This document shows positions 20,601-27,584 of a DNA stretch of 27,584 bases, one piece after another. The stretch's first letter is position 1. Every line of letters starts with the position of its first letter. Under the pieces are notes generated by a model. That model searched no databases, was not told the origin of the DNA, and saw only the letters and a list, made by a program, of their open reading frames with translations. Made by a program: the position numbers and the translations under genes. Source of the DNA: an uncultured Chitinophagales bacterium (lineage in GTDB: Bacteria > Bacteroidota > Bacteroidia > Chitinophagales > JADIYW01); NCBI GenBank assembly GCA_964451125.1, contig CAYVGM010000006.1:1-27584 (forward strand). The letters are read 5' to 3'.

Positions 20601-20614
20601 ATAATTAAATTTGT
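20601..20614 (+). promoter_or_regulatory. Candidate promoter core ATAATTAAATTTGT (contains -7 box), identical to 26746-26759
   Basis: TAAATTTG at 20606-20613; the same 14-mer occurs upstream of fibre copy C. Confidence 0.5.
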
Positions 20615-20634
20615 TTAGCTAATTATATATTATC

Positions 20635-22419
20635 ATGAATAAATTTTACACCGCTTTAGTATTTCTTATCATTTCCCATCAAATCTTTGCCCAACTTTTC
20701 ATTGACAACGGCACTAATGGCACCTTATCCATTAGAAATGCTTCTTCAGGTACTTTAGCTTCTTACGATAATACGAACTCAACAGTAGCCCTGTTTGTAG
20801 ATGGAGATATTACCGTGAAGGGTACGTATGACAATCAAGCTACTGAAACACAACTTACCGGCAATATCAGTAATTCAGGAACATTTACAACTACGGGTGA
20901 TGAAGTATTTGTTTCTGCCCCAAATGCAACCATCACTACAAGCATCAATCAACGTATAACCGGTTCATTTACTTCAACCAACGATTTTTACAATCTGATT
21001 ACACATAAAGCAGCTACTCAAATCGTCGATTTAGCCAATAATGTAGAAGTAGAAAATACCATAAAATTTAATAACTCAGGAAGAATTAGAACAGATGTTG
21101 CCGGACATACAAATGATGGTAGTGCCTATCCTTACGAGATCTATCTGAAAAATGGCGCAACAAGTTCATTAGTGGGTAACAGCACCGGCAATGGTGCTAC
21201 CGAAAAATATTTCGAAGGAAAACTAAGAAGAAAGGTTACATCTACGGGTACCTATTATTACCCGATTGGCGTTGCACCTGCTTCATTAGACGGTATGGAA
21301 GCCTTTGAACTTAATTTTACTTCAAATCCTAATATGGATTTTCTGGGATATATTAAACCTGCTGCAGTTGCACCTATTACAAGAAATGTGCTTTGTGATG
21401 TGGGCAAAGATCCCGGACCCGGTATGCAAACCCATAATGGCTGTGTAGGCTCTCCAGATGGCATTTATGATTGGTATTATTTAGAAACATCTATGGATTT
21501 ATCGCACGAGTGGGTGGCCACTCCAAGTGGCGGTACCAGCGGTTATGCTTACGGTATAACGCTACATCCGGGTAGTGTTTTAGACCCAAATAATGCATCA
21601 AGCTACTATACAATACCTACTGCTTGTGGAAGTCCATACCAAAATCAACGACTGAGAATAGTTGTCAAGGATGGCGTAGTAGGCGGTAATGCACAATTTT
21701 TTCCTACAATAGGTGGCTATATGGCTCCTTGGAATCATTTGGGACCTGTGTATTTGTGGTGCTCTTTTGACAATACCGATTTAGACATCACGTTAAATAA
21801 TCAGACTTCTTTCTCAACTTACCGTATCCACGGCACCAGTCTTTCTTCCAACACGGCTTTGCCGGTAGAGCTTGTATATTTAAAAGCAGAGCCTATAAAC
21901 AACTCCTATATTAAAGTTTCCTGGCAAACAGCCTCTGAAATAAATAATAAAGGATTTGAAGTGATACGCAGTACAGACGGTACTAACTTTACTTCAATTG
22001 GTTTCGTAAATGGTAACGGCACTTCAAGTTTACCGCATGATTATTCTTTTAATGATTACAACGTACAACCCGATATGCTGTATTATTATAAACTAAAACA
22101 ACTCGATTTTGACGGATCTTCTTCATTAACCTATACGGTAAGTGCTAAATTAACCGGAACAGATGTATTTTCCGTTTCAGATGTGTATCCAAATCCTGCC
22201 GATGGGGATGCCTTTGTCAATATTGTTGCTCCAGATTCCGGTGAATTACTGTTTAGTTTATACAATGTAATTGGTCAACAAGAAAATGCAGTAAAAATAA
22301 ATTTAGAAAAAGGACTCAATAAAGTTCGAATTACGGATATTAGCTTAGCAAAAGGAACGTATATTGCCCGTTTTGAATTTAATAACACTACAACCAGTAA
22401 AAAAATAATTAAAAAATAG
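20635..22419 (+). CDS. T9SS type-A sorting domain-containing secreted protein
   Basis: Signal peptide ending A-Q; LPVELVYLKA...WQTASEINNKGFEVIRS Ig-like module; CTD VYPNP...YNVIGQ...LAKGTYI...KKIIKK. N-terminal passenger not recognised. Confidence 0.88.
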   Translation: MNKFYTALVFLIISHQIFAQLFIDNGTNGTLSIRNASSGTLASYDNTNSTVALFVDGDITVKGTYDNQATETQLTGNISNSGTFTTTGDEVFVSAPNATITTSINQRITGSFTSTNDFYNLITHKAATQIVDLANNVEVENTIKFNNSGRIRTDVAGHTNDGSAYPYEIYLKNGATSSLVGNSTGNGATEKYFEGKLRRKVTSTGTYYYPIGVAPASLDGMEAFELNFTSNPNMDFLGYIKPAAVAPITRNVLCDVGKDPGPGMQTHNGCVGSPDGIYDWYYLETSMDLSHEWVATPSGGTSGYAYGITLHPGSVLDPNNASSYYTIPTACGSPYQNQRLRIVVKDGVVGGNAQFFPTIGGYMAPWNHLGPVYLWCSFDNTDLDITLNNQTSFSTYRIHGTSLSSNTALPVELVYLKAEPINNSYIKVSWQTASEINNKGFEVIRSTDGTNFTSIGFVNGNGTSSLPHDYSFNDYNVQPDMLYYYKLKQLDFDGSSSLTYTVSAKLTGTDVFSVSDVYPNPADGDAFVNIVAPDSGELLFSLYNVIGQQENAVKINLEKGLNKVRITDISLAKGTYIARFEFNNTTTSKKIIKK

Positions 22420-22442
22420 TTTAACTCATAAAAGTTGTCATC

Positions 22443-24218
22443 ATGAAAAATTCTTTACTTTTTATTTTATCTGTGATACTGACTGTAAACAGTTATGCCC
22501 AAACCGGCAATGTAGGTATTGGCACTACCTCACCTACTGCCAAACTAACCGTAAATGGAGGCTTGGCTGTTATTCCTACCTCCTTAGCAGCGGCAGCAAC
22601 CATAACGGTACCAACGAATACTTCTACGGTATACATTACCAATGTTGCAGGCGTACAAGCCAATGCTGTTTCAGCAACTTCTCCGGTGGAAGGGCAGGTA
22701 TTGACCATCATTAATTTAGATGATAATGTTGCCATTTTTAATAGCACATCAATTGCACCTACCACTGGAGTAGGTATATTTCAGTATGTAAATGCAGGAT
22801 GGAGAACCATAAGTTCGGCTGCTGGAAACGACTGGACCAAAGCAACGACAGCATCTACACCTGCTGTTAAATCGGATGCACAGTATGTAACCGGTAACAT
22901 AGGTATTGGTGATTTTTCTGGAGCTTCTTCAACTCCGGCTCAAGAATTGACAATTGGTACATCTACTTCCAATTCTGATCAGCGCATCTTGATTGATGCT
23001 GCTGCAAATGTTCAGTCAGGAATCGGTTTGAATAGTGCTGGTGTAGAAAAGTGGGTGATATATCGTCCGAGTTCATCAAATGACTTACGTTTTTACAATT
23101 CTACAACTACAGCCACTGATAAAATTACCTTTCAGGACGGAACAGGTAATGTCGGTATTGGTCTTACATCTCCATCCACTAGATTGCATGTGCAAACCGG
23201 AGCTAACTCTACTGCGGCAACGTTCGATGGCTCCAATTCGGCAGACAATACGGCAGTAGTAAGTATCAGAAGACAGGATATACCTGCAAGAAAAATAGAC
23301 TTTATTCCATCAGCTTATGATGGCTCTGCCAATACATGGCAGGAGATACAATTTAGCAGTTCAAGTATTGCAGGAACACATACTACACGCTTTACCAACG
23401 GCTTAAAATATACATTTGATAATATTGTGGGTATAGGAACGAATACGCCTAATTTCCGCCTTACTATTCAACCAGCTGCCGGTAATTCAGATCTTATCCA
23501 ATTTAGAAATAATGCGGGTGTAAATAAATGGCATATGCGTACGCAAGGTACATCAGATGGAGATTTGGGCTTTACTGAATCTGGAATAGCAGATAATAGA
23601 TTGGTATTAGAACAAGGTGGCAACATCGGTATTGGCACATCTAACCCGGAAGTAAAATTGCAGGTAGAAGGATCTACCAAAGTAACAGAGACTTCATTTA
23701 CTAGAGCATTGGTAGTAACAGATTATTCACAACTTTCCGGTAATAATGGTAATAGTAGTTGGACAGATGTTAATTGCAATGATGGTTGGGCAGTTACAGC
23801 ACTACAAGTATATGTTGGTGGATATCTGCAAGGTCCAATCCAAACTATTTGTGCTAATTTAACAGGTGTAATAAGTGGTGGTACATATAGATCAGGAAAC
23901 TCAACTAATGGATATGACAATGCTGACCATATATTTGATTGCAACTCAAATGAAATTGCCCGTGGTTTTGGATTATATAAAAGCAGTACCGGAGAATTTG
24001 ATAATGGTAATGTGTTTTGTAGTACTGTTTCATCAGGCTATACTAGAGGAACAGCATTTCAGGCATTGGGTAACAGTGGTAATGGCACCGGCCCTGATAA
24101 TATGAACCATGCTACCTCTTGTCCTCCCGGGTCATATTTAGTAGGCTCCACTATTTACGCTACTGGCAGACTAGATGGGAATTTACGCATCCGTTGTGCT
24201 ACTATCACTAAAAATTAG
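22443..24218 (+). CDS. Secreted NVGIGT-repeat fibre/adhesin-like protein, copy B (intact, 591 aa), with Cys-rich C-terminal tip
   Basis: Signal peptide (SYA-Q), repeated GN(V/I)GIG junctions, three C...C repeats at the C-terminus. Starts 23 bp after the T9SS gene. Confidence 0.85.
   Translation: MKNSLLFILSVILTVNSYAQTGNVGIGTTSPTAKLTVNGGLAVIPTSLAAAATITVPTNTSTVYITNVAGVQANAVSATSPVEGQVLTIINLDDNVAIFNSTSIAPTTGVGIFQYVNAGWRTISSAAGNDWTKATTASTPAVKSDAQYVTGNIGIGDFSGASSTPAQELTIGTSTSNSDQRILIDAAANVQSGIGLNSAGVEKWVIYRPSSSNDLRFYNSTTTATDKITFQDGTGNVGIGLTSPSTRLHVQTGANSTAATFDGSNSADNTAVVSIRRQDIPARKIDFIPSAYDGSANTWQEIQFSSSSIAGTHTTRFTNGLKYTFDNIVGIGTNTPNFRLTIQPAAGNSDLIQFRNNAGVNKWHMRTQGTSDGDLGFTESGIADNRLVLEQGGNIGIGTSNPEVKLQVEGSTKVTETSFTRALVVTDYSQLSGNNGNSSWTDVNCNDGWAVTALQVYVGGYLQGPIQTICANLTGVISGGTYRSGNSTNGYDNADHIFDCNSNEIARGFGLYKSSTGEFDNGNVFCSTVSSGYTRGTAFQALGNSGNGTGPDNMNHATSCPPGSYLVGSTIYATGRLDGNLRIRCATITKN
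22500..22812 (+). repeat. 313-bp perfect inverted repeat, arm 2 (partner 3312-3624)
   Basis: Identical to the reverse complement of 3312-3624. Its first 74 bp are also identical to 26848-26921. Confidence 0.95.
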
Positions 24219-24297
24219 AATATATTAATCTATTTATTATATGAATACTTGCAAGTGGAATAATTTTTGCATGTATTTTTTTATGTTATTATAACGT

Positions 24298-25683
24298 ATG
24301 TACGCGAGATATTTTTTCGTATTAATTTTACTGCTCTTTTTTGGTACGCCTACAATATTTGCATCTAATAGCGTTGTACTACATATTACAGAGATTGATA
24401 AAACATTGAATTTAATACAGTTGAAAAAATATCAATCCGGAAGCCTAATAATTGTTGACTCAATATATCTTTCTAACAACTCTACTGTATTTACACTTTT
24501 GGATAAGACGGCTCAAAACCCGGGTTTGTATATATTAACCATAAATAACAAACATAATATTGAATTGATTCTCTCTTCTAAAGAAATACCATCAATCAAA
24601 GGAACAATAAAAGATTTGATGATTAATAATATTGATATTAAGCAATCATCTGAGAATCAATTATATTATCGTTTGCTTAATTACAAAATGGAATACGAGA
24701 AAGCTATGCAAGAGATTCAACTTGAAAAAAGTAATATACCTTATTTTAGCAGCACATTTTATACACAACATCAACAAATTGAAAAAAAGATTGATAGCAT
24801 CCAAATATTATTTAATTATAACTTATCTTCTTTAAGAACAAACTTTCCATATTGCTATGCTTCAATAGTATTAATTCCATTAATGTTATTTCCAGAATAT
24901 AGGGACAGATTCCGATATGAAACCAACAGAGCATTTTTACAGCAATATTATTTTAATACATTTAATCAGCTTTCACCGGATGTAATACACCATTATTTAC
25001 TGTTGGAAAAACTAGATGCCTTTTTCTCCGATTATATAGAAATTGATAAAAAATATCAAAAAAATGAAATAATAGGATATATATATGAAAAAGTTCAAAA
25101 AAATAAAGTATTATCTGATTTTATTTTTGATTATTTGCTAACACGTTTTTATCAACAGAATGATGATGATGCACTGCAACAAGTATATGAAACATGGAAT
25201 GCCGATGCTTGCGAATTAGACACCTTTGCTAATCAAAGAAGAAACTTTGTAACTACTATTCTCAAACATAAGATAGGCAACAATTATACTGAGATTGCAT
25301 TGCAAGATGCAAATAAAATCAATCAATCACTACAAAAACAAATTGCTCAAAATAAAATGACTATAGTGGTGTTCTGGCAATCTTCCTGTCATACTTGTGA
25401 GCAGGTTTTGCCAAAATTACACGACATCTACAAGAAATATAAAACCAAAAAGGTGGAAGTTTATGCTATTAATTTAGATAAAGAACGAAAACAATTTCAA
25501 CAAACTATAGAGCAAAAAGGCTTCACTTGGATTAATGTATGGGATGAAAGCAGAGTTGCTCAAAAAGATTACGGAATCCTACAAACGCCAACCTTATTTA
25601 TCATAGACAATACAGGAAAAATTGTAAAGAAAAATATCTTTGGTGAAGAACTAAACCTATTTCTAAAGCAACAGTTTAACTAA
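24298..25683 (+). CDS. TlpA/redoxin-family thioredoxin-fold protein with large N-terminal domain
   Basis: Signal/anchor peptide; C-terminal VVFWQSSCHTC (CxxC), YAINLD, WINV and YGILQTPTLFIID (cis-Pro loop). Confidence 0.85.
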   Translation: MYARYFFVLILLLFFGTPTIFASNSVVLHITEIDKTLNLIQLKKYQSGSLIIVDSIYLSNNSTVFTLLDKTAQNPGLYILTINNKHNIELILSSKEIPSIKGTIKDLMINNIDIKQSSENQLYYRLLNYKMEYEKAMQEIQLEKSNIPYFSSTFYTQHQQIEKKIDSIQILFNYNLSSLRTNFPYCYASIVLIPLMLFPEYRDRFRYETNRAFLQQYYFNTFNQLSPDVIHHYLLLEKLDAFFSDYIEIDKKYQKNEIIGYIYEKVQKNKVLSDFIFDYLLTRFYQQNDDDALQQVYETWNADACELDTFANQRRNFVTTILKHKIGNNYTEIALQDANKINQSLQKQIAQNKMTIVVFWQSSCHTCEQVLPKLHDIYKKYKTKKVEVYAINLDKERKQFQQTIEQKGFTWINVWDESRVAQKDYGILQTPTLFIIDNTGKIVKKNIFGEELNLFLKQQFN

Positions 25684-25729
25684 TGACAGCTTGGATTTGG
25701 CTACACTAAAATTAAATGCAAAAAAGTGT

Positions 25730-26604
25730 TTATCTGTTTAGAGAATCTACAACATTTTTTCCGTATCCAATTTCATAAAAATCAACACCTAAGAAATTAA
25801 CTCGATGATTATTGGAGCTACTACAGGTTTGTATTCTGTTTTGTAAAACATTAAGGCTGTTTGCCTGTGGTGCTAAATTCTTATCAGGCAAACTAAGTCC
25901 GTTTTGAAGAAAATGGTTTACCAAATATAACTCTTTACTACCTGCACTGCCCCTATTTACTGCTGCATCAAATTCACCAACATTATGATATGTATATTTT
26001 GTATCAAAAATAGTTGACCATGCATGCATTAAATAAGCGGTTGTTGGTGTTTTTGTAAATTCAACAAACATGACCAGACGTTTATTTGAAGTTACCATAT
26101 TCTGAATGGTAGGCCAATCTGTACCATTGGTATGAATATATGCCATTTGGTCTAAATCCAGGCTGTCTATTGCTCGCATTAACTGCTCATTACTACCTTG
26201 GTTTTCAAAAATAATGGTAACTACTTCGTTTTGATTCGAATTTAAAAATGATTTTACTTCATTAAGAGCATCAACCAACTTTTGTTACCAAATGCAGGAT
26301 AGCCATGATAGGTAAGTGCAACTCCGTCAGAACCATCATAGGTATCCAACATCAAACCTCGAACACCATTTTGTAATTGTCTGGTGATCGAGTGCGATTG
26401 ATTAGGTACTGTAAAACCACGCTCTGTATTGTTCATAGCATTATGTGTCATTAAAAAAGAAACTTCATTATATTTTTTATTCAGTATATTCGGGCTTACT
26501 GAAGGAAGTACATTTCCTCCTATTGGTACACAAGCACTTAACAGCCCAAGGGTGAGCAAAATAAATAGAGAAATTCGTACATTTTTAGGTGATAATTTTG
26601 ACAT
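25730..26604 (-). pseudogene. PI-PLC X-domain-like lipoprotein split by a 1-nt frameshift
   Basis: Lipobox LSA-C; THNA, NQ...ITRQLQNGVRGLMLD and YHG in the 5' ORF; EVVTIIFE and NFLGVDFY in the 3' ORF. One extra base near the T4 run at 26280-26283 restores a ~291-aa frame. Confidence 0.8.
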
Positions 26605-26745
26605 GATGCTATTTTTTTTATTTGATAATTCAGGGAAACTAAGTGTAAATAGTTCATAAATATAAGAGGAAGAAATTGCATGTTTATCAATGCAATCAAT
26701 AAATGCGCATTTTGTTAAACTAATTACGTGAATTGCAAACGTCCT

Positions 26746-26759
26746 ATAATTAAATTTGT
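26746..26759 (+). promoter_or_regulatory. Candidate promoter core ATAATTAAATTTGT, identical to 20601-20614
   Basis: TAAATTTG at 26751-26758, 30 bp upstream of 26788. Confidence 0.5.
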
Positions 26760-26787
26760 ATGTTAAATCAACATATAAATTATATCC

Positions 26788-26973
26788 ATGAAAAAAAACC
26801 TACTCTTCTTTTTTAGCCTCATCCTTATAGGCTTATATGCCATAGCTCAAACCGGCAATGTAGGTATTGGCACTACCTCACCTACTGCCAAACTAACCGT
26901 AAATGGAGGCTTGGCTGTTATACCTACGTCTTTAGTAGCGACAGCCGCTATTACAGTGCCAGCAAATACTTAA
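26788..26973 (+). pseudogene. Fibre copy C, truncated N-terminal fragment (61 aa)
   Basis: Own signal peptide, then QTGNVGIGTTSPTAKLTVNGGLAVIPTSL. 26848-26921 is identical to copies A and B, then silent-site divergence, TAA in place of TCT, and no homology after the stop. Confidence 0.8.
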
Positions 26974-27183
26974 CATGCATGCTTAGTAAGTTAAAGTTTC
27001 TTTGTGATGCAAAACTTGAAATTACTTTTTATTTTCTTAATTCAATAGGTTTTAGTACATGCCCAAAGGCAACATGTAATGAAACTTATGCCTTAATAGT
27101 AATGTTGTTGAATATCAGAATACTTTTGAGACAAGACAGAACAATCATACAGCATAAAAAACATGAAGTAAAAGCGGTAAAAT

Positions 27184-27210
27184 AAAAAAACCCCGCATGA
27201 ATGCGGGGCT
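27184..27210 (-). terminator. rRNA operon intrinsic terminator
   Basis: Stem ccccgca / tgcgggg (27191-27208) followed on the - strand by T7, directly downstream of 5S. Confidence 0.85.
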
Positions 27211-27218
27211 GTAAGAGA

Positions 27219-27330
27219 TTGGCGACGACCTACTCTCCCAGGTTTTAACCTAGTACCATCGGCGCTGTGGGGCTTAACTTCTCTGTTCGGGATGGGAAGA
27301 GGTGAACACCCACGCTAAAATCGCCATTAA
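27219..27330 (-). rRNA. rrf: 5S rRNA
   Basis: The - strand reads ...ttcccatcccgaacagagaagttaagcc...gccgatggtact...gggagagtaggtcgtcgcca, the conserved 5S pattern. Confidence 0.97.
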
Positions 27331-27384
27331 AATTTTTAGCGTAATGCTGTATATTTTAACATATTGGGATATTATTCAAATTTT

Positions 27385-27584
27385 AAAAAGTTGATGGGTT
27401 ATTAGTACTACTCGGCTTTGTTGTTACCAACTTTACACCTATAGCCTATCAACGTCGTAGTCTTCGACGACCCTATGAGAACTCATCTTGAAGTGGGTTT
27501 CGTGCTTAGATGCTTTCAGCGCTTATCCCTTCCCAACGTAGCTACCCGGCGGTACATCTGGCGACATAACCGGTACACTAGAGG
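27385..27584 (-). rRNA. rrl: 23S rRNA, 3' end (partial; continues beyond window)
   Basis: Conserved 23S 3' complement: ...cctatcaacgtcgtagtc...ctcatcttgaagtgggtttcgtgcttagatgctttcagcgcttatcc...gtagctacccggc. The exact 3' boundary is approximate. Confidence 0.96.

Noticed and set aside
3359-23944. Short antisense or overlapping ORFs in the track (e.g. 3359-3625, 4584-4820, 7770-8036, 10275-10661, 10895-11317, 16606-16902, 22493-22765, 23468-23944)
   Set aside because: They shadow well-supported genes and have no motifs; the identical 3359/22493 pair simply mirrors the inverted repeat.
26726-26736. acgtgaattgc resembling the putative IS left end
   Set aside because: A 9-bp match in AT-rich DNA with no transposase sequence nearby; chance is sufficient.
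26979-27185. 68-aa ORF after fibre C as its continuation
   Set aside because: No similarity to copies A or B in this frame or in-frame after the stop, and it runs into the rRNA terminator.

Overview
Bacteroidota chromosomal window (DUF2795, T9SS C-terminal domain, TAnnTTTG -7 boxes). An intact core (~4.6-19.3 kb) carries an OM beta-barrel, esterase, rlpA, DUF2795, PduO-type adenosyltransferase, cysteine desulfurase, VWA-like protein, tryptophanase, ABC-F and a sphingomyelin-synthase-like PAP2 protein. Two accessory flanks surround it, and the window ends in 5S rRNA and the 3' end of 23S rRNA. The main observation is three paralogous secreted 'NVGIGT'-repeat fibre genes. Copy A (1930-3684, -) has one in-frame TAG, copy B (22443-24218, +) is intact, and copy C (26788-26973, +) is truncated. 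A and B share a 313-bp perfectly identical tract in inverted orientation about 19 kb apart. It starts at the predicted signal-peptide cleavage site, while their other shared module is heavily diverged at silent sites and their C-terminal tips are unrelated. The TAG sits between this tract and a further 30-bp identical tract, so an inversion crossing over in the short tract would swap which tip is made. This is a hypothesis: no recombinase is present in the window and repeat collapse during assembly is not excluded. Also present are an IS982 remnant with a start-codon-masking stem, several REP/MITE-like palindrome clusters and a frameshifted PI-PLC-X lipoprotein.
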